Positions 24,789 to 37,905 of a stretch of DNA of 64,000 nucleotides are shown one piece after another; position 1 is the first letter of the stretch, and each line of letters starts with the position of its first letter. The stretch lies in NCBI RefSeq assembly GCF_002105155.1, contig NW_019028993.1, forward strand, positions 558,001 to 622,000. The letters run 5' to 3'. The position numbers and the translations under genes were made by a program. The notes beneath the pieces are model-generated. The model did not search any database. It saw only the letters and a program-made list of their open reading frames with translations, and was not told where the DNA came from. The DNA is from Lobosporangium transversale (Eukaryota).

Positions 24789-25697
24789 TGCACAAAACCA
24801 ATATTATTGAGTCCATTCTTAACGTCCAAATGCCAAGTTTTTTCTTTATTACTCTCAAGCAATGAACTAGACTTTATGGGGCAGCTAATATAATTGCTGG
24901 GATATCTACTTGATCATCCTCCTCTTTTTCTTCATTGCCATCTTTTCTTTCTTTGCTGTCATTCTCCCCATCCTTCCTAAAGTTTGACGCGTCAAGGGTT
25001 TTCTCTAAAGCATAATTTTGCTTAGATATCACCAAGAAAGCACTGATACAAAAAAATTATTATTCGCGTTTGAACACTTACAATATCAGTAACAGCTTCT
25101 TGTTCTTGGAATGAGGGAGTATTTGACTTGTACATAGTGGGATGAATGTAGGGTGAATGTGTGCATACTTTCGATTGTGTGGTTAAAACAAGAGAGTTAA
25201 AGAGAATGAATAGTGTTTGTGTATTTAAATGATACATGTTACGTCACACTTGGGGGCCAATTCAATCTTTAATCGCATGGCGTCTTGTGCAACAAGAAAA
25301 AAAAAAATTTCTCACACACACACAGCATAGCCCAACCTTGAAATAAAGGAACAGATTTATCAATTGTCGCTCCTTTCTTTAACTTGCTTCACTTCATTTT
25401 TGCACTCTCCTCTTCCTTTTCTTCCTTTATCCTCTTTTCACTTTTTTCTTATTTCCCCCCAGTTTTGCTCCCATCAATTTTGCTCTTTTATTTATTCCAA
25501 GCCTTCATTCATTGCCTTTCCTTTCCTTTCCTTTCCTTTTTTTTTTTCTTTTTTTCTTTTTTTCTTTTCCTCCCTCAACTTCATCTCTAGACAATTTTGA
25601 ACCATCCTGCTACTGAATTATCATCCTTTAGCATTTTTATCAACCTTTCCCTATTTTCTGTCCTCCGTCCATTTACGCCCTTGTTTTTGAAATCACA

Positions 25698-28542
25698 ATG
25701 GGAAGCGACAGAACATCACCACGATGCCTATCACCTCGAACTAAACCGTATGAAAGGAAAGAAGAAAGAAAAGGGGAAGCGAAGGAAGAGTCTTCAAGCA
25801 CCAATGACCCTGAAATCCTCGAACCAACCAGCCTACAGATTTATTGTATTGTTGATGGAGAAGCTTCATGTTTTTCTGTAAAGATTCTTTCCAATAGTTC
25901 TGTCGATGAACTCAAGCAAGCAATCTATCCCAATATTACTGTGGATCCAAGCGTTAAGCCCAAGGACCTCACCCTCTATAAAGTTTCCATCCCTGACAAA
26001 GGCAAGATCGTCGTTGAGTCAGAAATCGAGTCAAAAGAGGCTCTTACAGTCGCGTCAATGGAGCTTTGGGAGATATTTAATTCTGAACTTCCAAGGAAAA
26101 CGATCCATGTTTTTGTCAAGCCACCGCAGCGAGGTATGTATTAGCTCTTGATGGACTGATGATATTTCAATTGTTCAATTGATGAAGCTATCTCATCACG
26201 GTCACGTGTATCTATCCCTTTTTTATGTTGTTGAGATGAATCTCGGCAACACTATTTAACTGGGGCGACTTTGGATTTCATCTCTATAAAAGAATTTGAA
26301 AAGTCGCCCCTCCATGCTCCGTGCACATCCTCAGACTCTCACTGTTGTCTGAGAACACAGTTTTCATTTTTATTTTTATTTTTATTTGACCTGTTTACAT
26401 TGATGCATTTGTTAGTTTTTCTGATTGAATCTGTTTCGCGTTTCGCACACATGCTCTGACTCTCCATTAGCTGGCGTTCATATCTCATTGACAGCAATAT
26501 ATTCTTTGATCTGATCAAAATGCTAACATTTCTGCCATTGCCGCGCTCTCTTATCTTTCTAGAGTCATCGGAACAGATTCTCAAGAGAAAAATGGATGAA
26601 GGTAATAATTTGTTTTTTGCTGTTTAGATAGATCGACTTGGTGACTGACTATGTTATGGTACTAACCAACTGTGTATGTGTACGATGATCATAATTAGAT
26701 CCACAGTATATTTCACCTTCAAAGAAGATGCGCATTGAGGAAGGGTGGAGAGAATACAGGGCTTCTGATGGTAAAATGGTCACGTTACCACCCTCTTGGA
26801 TCGCAATGCTGGAGAATCCTGAAGACCCGCCCGATGCACGTAATAAGTTTAATCATCTGAAAAGCGATAATCAGCTTGGTGATCAAGTTCACATTCCATC
26901 CTTGGGCCTCACACCGAAAGAATTTGAGGAATATAATTCGGGATTTATAATTACGGATCAGATGCTAGAATTGTGGAAGGAGATTAGTGCTGAACAAAGG
27001 TTTTCATTTCGGCGAGTCCTTTCTGGTCCTATGGGGGTTGGCAAGTCATATCTATCCTATTTCCTTGCTGCAAAAGGATATGCGGAAGGGTGGCTTACCC
27101 TTTATATACCAGATGCCGCGATATTAAATGAAAGTTCGGATACAAAATCGGCAAAGGCACTGTTAAGGCGCTTCTTCGCTTTCAACAGGGATATCTTGAC
27201 GGCATCTGATCTGGAAAGTCTCCTCGACTTTTCTGAAGTTATAGATTGCTCAATTGTGGCTGCTCGCGCAGTATTCGACCTATTCAAACAGAAGGAGCGC
27301 AAAACACTGTTCATTATCGACGAACATGGAGAGTTATTCCAAAAAGAGCCGTATGTGCCGGATAAATACCCGTTCCTGAAGCATCTAATGAACCTTAATC
27401 TATGGCAGTCTCATTACAAAGGATCTAGAGTGATATTTACAGGAACAGCCCATGCCAAATATGAATTGCAGATTATGGAAGACAGTGCTCGAGCTATCTT
27501 ATTGTACTTTGTTGGCCCACTATCCGAGACAGTGTTTTCAAAATGGTTGGAGGTCCACCTGAACCAACCCGATATTGTCCAGGATATAATGAGGATTACA
27601 AACCGTGTGCCGCGAGAGTTTATGCGCCTCATTCGATCAATTAAGGAAAGACCACTCACAAGAGATAGCATTGATGGGTATGTAGCTCAGAGAACAAGCG
27701 AGCTTCGCCCTGTAGTTCAGAATTACTACAAAGCTCTCAGCGAGATATCGAAGGAGGAGTTCGCTAAAAGCCTTGCAACAGTCTTCCTTGGCAACAACTC
27801 GGAGAGTGGTGATTTTGAATGGGATTTCCGTGACCTAGGGCTTATCTATCGTCTCAACAAGAACCGCGGAGCCATAAACTATGTCTTGTGCCCCCCAGTG
27901 CAGAAAGCACTCTTTAAGGCGTTTACAAGTATGCCTCATCATGAGCATATCCTGAGGGGAGTTGTTCTTGCAGAGATGAGTGGAGATGATTTCGAGTTGG
28001 CACTGCTGGTCCGGTTTTTGACTTTAACCAAGCCAATCGTTCTCGAAGCAACAAACCTTGTCGGCGAGGATCCAACGCAGATTATAATGGACTTTAAGGA
28101 TCATGGGACAATCCATCAAAACATGACTTCTCTTGGACGTGGCTATGGACATGTACTGAGCCATTGTCATTCGAGTTATCCTCGCTTTGATTTCATACTC
28201 GACACAATGTTTATCCAGGTGTCCATAAGTGATTTCTGCGACCACGAGCAGAAACAAACTAAGCAGATCCAGAACGCTTTTGATAAGAGAGATTCCAACG
28301 GCAAAAATCAGATTGAAAGATATTTGGACGAAGTATTTGGAGGTAATCATTCCGCCATAATTGACGATGGGCATTTTGTTGTCAAAAAGGATGGAGAGCC
28401 ATTAACTGGATTTAAAATAGTTTACATGCGTGGTTCCCCTGGTGCAGCAAACCACACTGGATTAATCAGAAAGTACAAAGATCTTCTTCATGTCAGCTTC
28501 GACGAGCTCAAAGAGAAACTTTTTAGAAATATCCCAACTTAG
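25698..28542 (+). CDS. Crinkler-family effector H2-A
   Basis: Exons 25698-26133, 26563-26601 and 26699-28542. Header LQIYCIVDGEASCFSV..SVDELKQAI..DLTLYKVSIP..HVFVKPP. The C-terminal exon translation is identical to that at 21746-23560. Confidence 0.88.
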
Positions 28543-28751
28543 AATTTTCGTCACAGTATACAGTAATAATATAGTTCTTAATCCTATAAAAAGGCTTGTC
28601 ATAGAAATTTAATAACACGGTTCTTTATTTTTGAGATGTATCACGGCTAAAATATTTAACTGGGGGCGACTTTGGATTTCATCTCTATAAAAGAATTTGA
28701 AAAGTCGCCCCCATGGTCCGTGCACGCCACAGAGAGGTCACTTGCTTGTTA

Positions 28752-29770
28752 AGGCGACTGTTCAATGCTTGTTGGTTTTCCAAATCTGCTTTGATTGCAC
28801 CATAATTTAGCGGAACTGATTAGCATCCCCTGAATAGCTGCCATCCAAAGGGACTAACTTCGAATGGACAGGATTTACTGTGTTTGTTCAAAACAATAAA
28901 GCTTGACTGAAAGTCTGCTAATCCTCAAACTATGAGGCAAATAATGCCTCTGAACGCTTCAATAGGATTATGGCGAGCTTTTGGGGTGCAGAAAAGACAA
29001 GATTGTTACTTTTGAGCAATGAAGGATATAGGATTTGTTCCTTGGAGGCACACTTTTTTGAAAGCACGCTTGTTGCTAGTAAAAACACAAATGGTTCCCG
29101 TTTTCCGCATACTTTCAGCGCTTCCACAATCCAAGGGCTGTGATGCAGCCATTAAATGTTACATGTTTGTCGAAGTATTGACACATCCCTTGCAAAGTCC
29201 AGATGTATGCTAGGAATATTGTTTAAGGGACGTAGAGTAGTCTGGCAGTGTTCAGGTGTTTATAGTATCAGATGGGTTCACTAGGCTCGTCACCAGCCTG
29301 AGGACGAAGTTCATGTGCACATGCACGTGCTGGAAGCCAAATGTGGCTTGCTCTTCTCTCTCACAGGCTGGGACTGGCTTAAAAAAATTTCTTAAGTCGA
29401 AAACACCGCAGGAAAGGCTCTTTTTTTTTGTCATTTTTTTTTTAAGCAAAGTTTGCAGATCACAAGAAAATGGCCTACATGTGAAGCATGCCATTGTTTT
29501 TCTTGCTCTCATTCACAACCTCATTTATTCATTACGAAATTTACCTCCCATCATTCTCATCTTAAAAAAAAAAAAAAAAGCTCCCTGTGGTGTAAATGAT
29601 TTGGAAATAAAAAAAAATAAAAAAAGAGCCTTTCCTGTAGTGTGTTCGACTTAGAAATTTTTTAGACCTCCAGCCAAAATGTCACGTTTGGTCCCAGAGA
29701 AGTGTCTGCAGGAGCATGCCACGTTTGCCTTTCGGCGCGTGCATGTGCACATGAACTTCGCCCTCAGGCT
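28752..29770. mobile_element. MITE family 1 (truncated) plus MITE family 2, duplicated copy
   Basis: Copy of 23770-24788 at +4982. Confidence 0.7.
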
Positions 29771-30679
29771 TGCACAAAACCAATATTATTGAGTCCATTC
29801 TTAACGTCCAAATGCCAAGTTTTTTCTTTATTACTCTCAAGCAATGAACTAGACTTTATGGGGCAGCTAATATAATTGCTGGGATATCTACTTGATCATC
29901 CTCCTCTTTTTCTTCATTGCCATCTTTTCTTTCTTTGCTGTCATTCTCCCCATCCTTCCTAAAGTTTGACGCGTCAAGGGTTTTCTCTAAAGCATAATTT
30001 TGCTTAGATATCACCAAGAAAGCACTGATACAAAAAAATTATTATTCGCGTTTGAACACTTACAATATCAGTAACAGCTTCTTGTTCTTGGAATGAGGGA
30101 GTATTTGACTTGTACATAGTGGGATGAATGTAGGGTGAATGTGTGCATACTTTCGATTGTGTGGTTAAAACAAGAGAGTTAAAGAGAATGAATAGTGTTT
30201 GTGTATTTAAATGATACATGTTACGTCACACTTGGGGGCCAATTCAATCTTTAATCGCATGGCGTCTTGTGCAACAAGAAAAAAAAAAATTTCTCACACA
30301 CACACAGCATAGCCCAACCTTGAAATAAAGGAACAGATTTATCAATTGTCGCTCCTTTCTTTAACTTGCTTCACTTCATTTTTGCACTCTCCTCTTCCTT
30401 TTCTTCCTTTATCCTCTTTTCACTTTTTTCTTATTTCCCCCCAGTTTTGCTCCCATCAATTTTGCTCTTTTATTTATTCCAAGCCTTCATTCATTGCCTT
30501 TCCTTTCCTTTCCTTTCCTTTTTTTTTTTCTTTTTTTCTTTTTTTCTTTTCCTCCCTCAACTTCATCTCTAGACAATTTTGAACCATCCTGCTACTGAAT
30601 TATCATCCTTTAGCATTTTTATCAACCTTTCCCTATTTTCTGTCCTCCGTCCATTTACGCCCTTGTTTTTGAAATCACA

Positions 30680-33575
30680 ATGGGAAGCGACAGAACATCA
30701 CCACGATGCCTATCACCTCGAACTAAACCGTATGAAAGGAAAGAAGAAAGAAAAGGGGAAGCGAAGGAAGAGTCTTCAAGCACCAATGACCCTGAAATCC
30801 TCGAACCAACCAGCCTACAGATTTATTGTATTGTTGATGGAGAAGCTTCATGTTTTTCTGTAAAGATTCTTTCCAATAGTTCTGTCGATGAACTCAAGCA
30901 AGCAATCTATCCCAATATTACTGTGGATCCAAGCGTTAAGCCCAAGGACCTCACCCTCTATAAAGTTTCCATCCCTGACAAAGGCAAGATCGTCGTTGAG
31001 TCAGAAATCGAGTCAAAAGAGGCTCTTACAGTCGCGTCAATGGAGCTTTGGGAGATATTTAATTCTGAACTTCCAAGGAAAACGATCCATGTTTTTGTCA
31101 AGCCACCGCAGCGAGGTATGTATTAGCTCTTGATGGACTGATGATATTTCAATTGTTCAATTGATGAAGCTATCTCATCACGGTCACGTGTATCTATCCC
31201 TTTTTTATGTTGTTGAGATGAATCTCGGCAACACTATTTAACTGGGGCGACTTTGGATTTCATCTCTATAAAAGAATTTGAAAAGTCGCCCCTCCATGCT
31301 CCGTGCACATCCTCAGACTCTCACTGTTGTCTGAGAACACAGTTTTCATTTTTATTTTTATTTTTATTTGACCTGTTTACATTGATGCATTTGTTAGTTT
31401 TTCTGATTGAATCTGTTTCGCGTTTCGCACACATGCTCTGACTCTCCATTAGCTGGCGTTCATATCTCATTGACAGCAATATATTCTTTGATCTGATCAA
31501 AATGCTAACATTTCTGCCATTGCCGCGCTCTCTTATCTTTCTAGAGTCATCGGAACAGATTCTCAAGAGAAAAATGGATGAAGGTAATAATTTGTTTTTT
31601 GCTGTTTAGATAGATCGACTTGGTGACTGACTATGTTATGGTACTAACCAACTGTGTATGTGTACGATGATCATAATTAGATCCACAGTATATTTCACCT
31701 TCAAAGAAGATGCGCATTGAGGAAGGGTGGAGAGAATACAGGGCTTCTGATGGCAAAATGGTCACGTTACCACCCTCTTGGATCGCAATGCTAGAGGATT
31801 CTAGATACCTTCCAAAACCACGTAATGAGTTTGAACATCTCAAAGACGATCTGAAGGCTGGTAGTTGGGTCGATATACCATCCCTGGGTCAAGTCCCAAA
31901 GGGTTATAGAGTCTCTGAAATTCTCGTCACGCACCAAATGCTGGAGCTTTGGAACGAGATGGAAGAAGAACAAAGGTGCGTATACAGACGAGTCTTGTCT
32001 GGTCCAATGGGTATTGGCAAGAGCTTTCTCTCCTATTTTTTGACAGCAAGAGCATATGCTGAAGGATGGCTTACCCTCTACATATCAGATGCGGGTACTT
32101 TGGATACTAGTGAGAAAGCGGACTCATATATGGAAGTGATCGAGCGTTTCCTTGTGATGAACAAGGATGTTTTAACTGCTGCCGAACTGGAGACGCTTGT
32201 ATCCGGCTATGGTGTTCAAGGTGGCATATGGAATACTGCTATCATACGCGTTTTTAACATGCTCATGCAGAAGGAACGGAAGACTCTAACTATTATTGAC
32301 GAACATGGGAAACTCTTCAGATTCGACAAACCAGTACCAGAAAAATTTAAATCTTTAAAACCTCTGATGGACCTTTCCAGTTGGACTGAAGACTTGGCTG
32401 GATCTCGTTTGATTCTCACTGGCACAGCGCATGCAAAATTCGAATTGGAGATCATGGAATCGAGCTTTAAGGAGGACTTTAAAACAGTGGTATTCGTGGG
32501 ACCTTTGTTGGATGACGCTTTCAAGAATCTGTTGAAGCATACTCCCAATCTCCAATCCACGGACTACGAGGATATACGGAGTATCACGAACCTTGTACCA
32601 CGAGAGCTGATGAACTTGTCAACCTATATTGAAGAGAATCCAGAGTTACCCATTAAGGAGGCATTCGAGAAGTTTGAAGACTGCCGAAGGTTGGATTTTT
32701 CTCACAACATCCAGAACTACTACAAAAGCATCGAAAAATCCGAGACGACCCGTACAAATTTTTATAATGGCCTTGCCTCGGCGTTCTTACATGGTTCTGT
32801 CGAAGGAGAGTTCAAGTGGGATTTCATAGATCTGGGTCTTTTGTTCCGTCTAAGGAGAGATGGAGTAATTTTATTCCGCCCTTTATGCAATACAGCCTTC
32901 AGAGCACTTTTGGATCAGTTCAAGACAATGGGAATGCCAGAAGATCTAAAGAATCGACTCAAGGCTAATAGGTTCAGTGGAAATGAATTTGAGCAAGCAA
33001 TTTTTCATGCATTTATTTGCACTAGTATTAGGCCAATAGTGCTCCCTACAACGAACCTCGTTGGTGATCCTAAGGGCTCGATCGTGTTGGACTTCGATGA
33101 CTACCGAGTTATAAGCAGGCAACGACATTCTCTTGGCCCGGGAAAAGATAAATTCTTGGCCCGTGGCTATCCAGGATATCCTCGATTTGACTTTATGGTT
33201 GGACCAATATTCATCCAGGTGTCTGTCAGCGAGTTTGGAGTGCATAACAGAGATTCAAGTGATTTAAGGAAAGCATTTAAGCGACCGTACAAGACACCCA
33301 AAGTGGTGTATAATGATAGGAATCAGATTGAGTGTTACTTGGATGAAATGTATGGTGGAAAGCATAGAGCTGATTTTGGAAAGGATGGATTTATTGTCAC
33401 CAAAAAAGACCCGACAACAGGTATTGATGAAGTTGTTCCTGGATTCCGAATCGTCTACATTTGTGGTAGAGATATTAACCTAGGGAATCACCGCCAGCTC
33501 GTTACAGAGTTGCCAGATGTAGAACATGTAAGCTTCAACGACCTCAAAAGCCTATTCTTTGCAAACATTGTTTGA
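30680..33575 (+). CDS. Crinkler-family effector H2-B
   Basis: Exons 30680-31115, 31545-31583 and 31681-33575. GPMGIGKS, TIIDEHG, FEQAIF...YPRFDFMVGPIFIQVS. Confidence 0.88.
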
Positions 33576-34062
33576 TAGTGTTGGATAGTGTTATCAATAA
33601 AGGAAGCTTCTACTCCATTCATCTTCTAACTTTAAGCGTCATCCTATCAAAGGGTGCCGCGTCGGGTTGTAGATGAGATGAGAGACCAGATTGAGATAAA
33701 TACGCAGATGCGGCTTGACGACTTTAGATCTGTTTATATTTATGGGACTTTTAGATCGCCCAAATCATTCTAGAATAGCCAAAAATATCCAGTCTTGCTA
33801 TTTGTAGAGAATTATTCAGAGGGCGGTAGTAGGCATAGTGGTAAATGGTGCTTAATTGTTAAATGCACAGTTTGATCTGTAAAAAGAATTTGTAAAGTCG
33901 CCTCCATGGTGCGTGCGTATACTCTGACTCTCACTGTCCTCTCGCGAGGCTTTTTGCTTGAGCTTATTTCGGCTCCCCACTGCTCTATCGCATACAAGTA
34001 CTTTTATCAAAGCCTCCTATCTAACTATCCTCTTGTTAGTTTATTGCGTGGATTTTAAATAG

Positions 34063-35300
34063 CCCCAAGAAGTCCCAAAGGAGCCTAGAAGACACAGAAG
34101 ACGAAGATTTAGAAAGTGAGTTTATTCCATTCATAGTTTTGATGATTCTTGAGAAAATTTATTTATTCCATACTCACGTCAGTCTCGCTATTCTTATATG
34201 CTCAAAGAGCACCTTACGAAGCGCTGTCGTTCCTTGAAGCGATATATTGCAGTCGATGGCGAACTCGTAGTTTTACCCCAACATATACTGAATTTGAGCG
34301 AAAATAACAAGTGTGCACCAGAACCTCGCGCCGAGTTCCAATCGCTTTTGATGGTGCAGGCTGGGAATCGAATTACTTCAATGGATCTTGGTCAGAACCC
34401 AATATTCTTTGCGAGAGGCTATCAAGGTCGCGAGTTTTTTTATGTCTGAATAGATGATGAAGCTATGGAATGAACTCGAGAACAGTGAGTCGTCTGTCAA
34501 GAAATGTTTACGGTCCAATGGGCGTCGGCAAATCATACATTTCATGGTTCCTTGCGGCCAAGGCATATGCACATGGTTGGCCAGTGCTTTATATTGCGGA
34601 TGCTAATCAACTTAACAATTGTGACACTAATACTGACGCATCACGACTGATCTGTCAACTCTTCTTATCCAACAACAAAGATACTTTGACAGCCTCAGAG
34701 CTCGAGGAAATGGTCGAAATTGAAACATCGGAAAATCTTTTTGTGAGTAGCGCCAGCAGTATCTTGGGTGACCTACTCCAGTCAAGAAGTCAGAAGGCAT
34801 TATTTGTCGTGGATGAGCATGGTGCATTATTTCCAGAAAAATAGTAAGTCTGCGCCCGACAGGTTCCCAGTTTTATGGCCTCTAAAGACTTTCAACTCTT
34901 GGAACAATTCAAATAATGCGAGAGTAGTGTTTAGCAGTACGGTAAGATTTGCAAAGCTCATTCTCAGAGACGCACCACACTATGTCGAGTATGTTGGTCC
35001 ACTGTCGCCTGATATTTTCAATAAGCTACTGGATGTGATCATAAATAAGGTCCACCCAACAGCCCGCCAACAATTGAATGAGCTACGAGGCGAGATTCAA
35101 AAAGCCACCGGATGTGTGCCACGGGAATTCAATATTTTTTTTTGGCGACGACATTGAAGGCATTGAGCTCGCGGCTAATGGGATTAAGCAACGACTAAAG
35201 GATTATGAGGAGGATCGCAAAGAACAATTCTTGGAGACTTTGAAGAACTGTTATAGTAAAATTGAACCGATATTCCAACCAATTACTCGTCAAGCTCTAG
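34063..35300 (+). pseudogene. Orphan CRN cassette C (no header), frameshifted NTPase half
   Basis: Micro-exon 34063-34115 with an apparent 1-bp loss, then broken frames containing GPMGVGKSYISWFLAAKAYAHGWPVLYI, LFVVDEHG, YVGPLS and TGCVPRE. Most similar to cassette D. Confidence 0.85.
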
Positions 35301-36704
35301 GAAATAAAATCGGCAAAGGCACTGTTAAGGATCTTCTTCGCTCTCAACAGGGATATCTTGACGGCATCTGATCTGGAAAGTCTCCTCGACGCTTCTGAAG
35401 TTATAGATTGCTCAATTGCGGCTGGTCGCGCATTATTCGACCTATTCAAACAGAAGGAGCGCAAAACACTATTCATTATCGACGAACATGGAAAGTTATT
35501 CCAAAAAGAGCCGTACGTGCCAGATAAATACCTGTTCTTGAACCATCTAAAGGATCTCACTCGATGGGAAGCTGAATCCAAAGGATCTAGAGCGATATTT
35601 ACAGGAACAGCCCATGCCAAATATGAATTGGAGATTATGCCAGGCAGTCTTCGAAATACCTTATTGTACTTTGTTGGCCCACTATCCGAGACAGTGTTTT
35701 CAAAATGGTTGGAGGTCCACCTGAACCAACCCGATATTGTCCAGGATATAATGAGGATTACAAACCGTGTGCCACGAGAGTTTATGTTCCTCATCCGGTC
35801 AATTGAGGAAAGACCACTCACAAGAAATAGCATTGATTCGTATGTAACTGAGAGAACAGGCGAGTTTCACACTGTAGTTTGGACGTACTACAGATCTTGC
35901 AGCGATGAATCGAAGAAGAAGTTCGCTAAAAGCCTTGCAACAGTCTTCCTTGGCAACAACTCGCAGAGTAGTGATTTTGAATGGGATTTCCGTGACCTAG
36001 GGCTTATCTATCGTCTCAACAAGAACCGCGGAGCCATAAACTATGTCTTGTGCCTCCCAGCGCAGAAAGCACTCTTTCAGGCGTTTACAAATATGCCTCA
36101 TCATGAGCATATCCTGAGGGGAGTTATTCTTGGAGAGATGAGTGGAGATGATTTCGAGTTGGCACTGCTAGTCCGGCTTTTGACTTTAACCAAGCCAATC
36201 GTTCTCAAAGCAACAAACCTTATCGGCGTGAATCCAACGGAGATTATAGTGGACTTTAAGGATCATGGGACAATCCATCAAGGCATGACTTCTCTTGGAC
36301 GTGGCTATGGACATGTACTGAGCCATTGTCATTCGACTTATCCTCGCTTTGATTTCATACTCGACACAATGTTTATCCAGGTGTCCATAAGTAATTTCCA
36401 AGAACACGAGAAGAAACAAATTAAGCAAATCCAGAACGCTTTTGATAAGAGAGGTCCCGACGGCAGAAATCAGATTGAAAGCTATTTGGACGAAGTATTT
36501 GGAGGTAATCATTCCGCCATAATTGACGATGGGCATTTTGTTGTCAAAAAGGATGGAGAGCCAGTAACTGGATTTAAAATAGTTTACATGCGTGGTTCCC
36601 CTGGTGCAGCAAACCACACTGGATTAATCAAGGATTACAAAGATCTTCTTCATGTCAGCTTCGACGAGCTCAAAGAGAAACTTTTTAAAAATATCCCAAC
36701 TTAG
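35301..36704 (+). pseudogene. 5'-truncated CRN cassette A' (divergent variant of A), fused out of frame to C
   Basis: Open frame from EIKSAKALLR to LFKNIPT*, aligning to cassette A from residue ~138. It lacks the header, an ATG start and Walker A. Confidence 0.82.
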
Positions 36705-36896
36705 AATTTTCGTCACAGTATACAGTAATACATAATATATATAGTTCTTAATCCTATAAAAAGGCTTGTCATAGAAATTTAATAACACGCTAAAATATTA
36801 ACTGGGGCGACTTTGGATTTCATCTCTATAAAAGAATTTGAAAAGTCGCCCCCATGGTCCGTGCGCGCCACAGAGAAGGTCCTCACTCACTTGCTA

Positions 36897-37905
36897 AGGC
36901 GATTGTTCGATGCCTGTTGGTTTTCCAAATCCCCCTTGATTTAATCGTATCTAGCGGAATTGATTAGCCCTGAATAGGTGCTGCCATCCAGAGAGACAAC
37001 TTCGAATGGACAGGATGTTCAAACCAATAAAACTTGACTGAAAGTCTGCTAATCCTCAAGCCATGAGGCAAATAATGCCTCTGAACGCTTCAATAGGATT
37101 ATGGCGAGCTTTTGGGGTGCAGAAAAGACAAGATTGTTACTTTTGAGCAATGAAGGATATAGGATTTGTTCCTTGGAGGCACACCTTTTTGAAACCACGC
37201 TTGTTGCTAGTAAAAACATGGTTCCCGTTTTCCGCATACTTTCAGCGCTTCCACAATCCAAGGGCTGTGATATAGCCATTAATTGCTACATGTTTGTCGA
37301 AGTATTGACACATCCCTTGCAAAAGTTCAGATGTATGCTTAGAATATTGTTTAAGGGACGTAGAGTAGTCAATAGCATGTGGCAGTGTTCAGGTGTTCAT
37401 ACAGTATCAGATGGGTTCACTAGGCTCGTCACCAGCCTGAGGACGAAGTTCATGTGCACATGCACGTGCTGGAAGGCAGATGTGGCTTGCTCTTCTCTCA
37501 CAGGCTGGGACTTGACATTTTGGCTTAAAAAAATTTCTAAGTCGAAAACACCGCAGGGAAAGGCTCTTTTTTTTTTTTTAAGCAAAGTTTGCAGATCACA
37601 AGAAAATGGCCTACATGTGAAGCATGCTATTGTTTTTCTTGCTCTCATTCACAACCTCATTTATTCATTACGAAATTTACCTCCCATCATTCTCATCTTA
37701 AAAAAAAAAAAGCTCCCTGTGGTGTAAATGACTTGGAAATAAAAAAAAAATAAAAAAAAAGAGCCTTTCCTGTGGTGTGTTCAACTTAGAAATTTTTTAG
37801 ACCTCCAGCCAAAATGTCACGTTTGGTCCCAGAGAAGTGTCTGCAGGAGCATGCCACGTTTGCCTTTCGGCGCGTGCATGTGCACATGAACTTCGCCCTC
37901 AGGCT
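36897..37905. mobile_element. MITE family 1 (36897-37414, truncated) plus MITE family 2 (37434-37905), diverged variants
   Basis: Same arrangement as 23770-24788 with substitutions and indels. Confidence 0.7.

Larger units (their letters stand above)
21160..31753 (+). repeat. Tandem segmental duplication, period 4982 bp (~2.1 copies)
   Basis: ORF-track entries recur with identical translations at +4982 (21746/26728/31710; 25698/30680). Identity ends just after ...SDGKMVTLPPSWIAML, where cassette B replaces A. Confidence 0.95.

Noticed and set aside
24870..25240. Acidic/basic reading frame on the minus strand of the spacer (97-aa version at 37991-38284) as a possible immunity gene
   Set aside because: The frame is broken differently among copies and has no clear start or known motif; it may be a gene relic but is unsupported.
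37101..37727. 208-aa ORF (also at 45171-45797)
   Set aside because: It reads across two adjacent MITEs, is not open in the other copies and has no protein motif.
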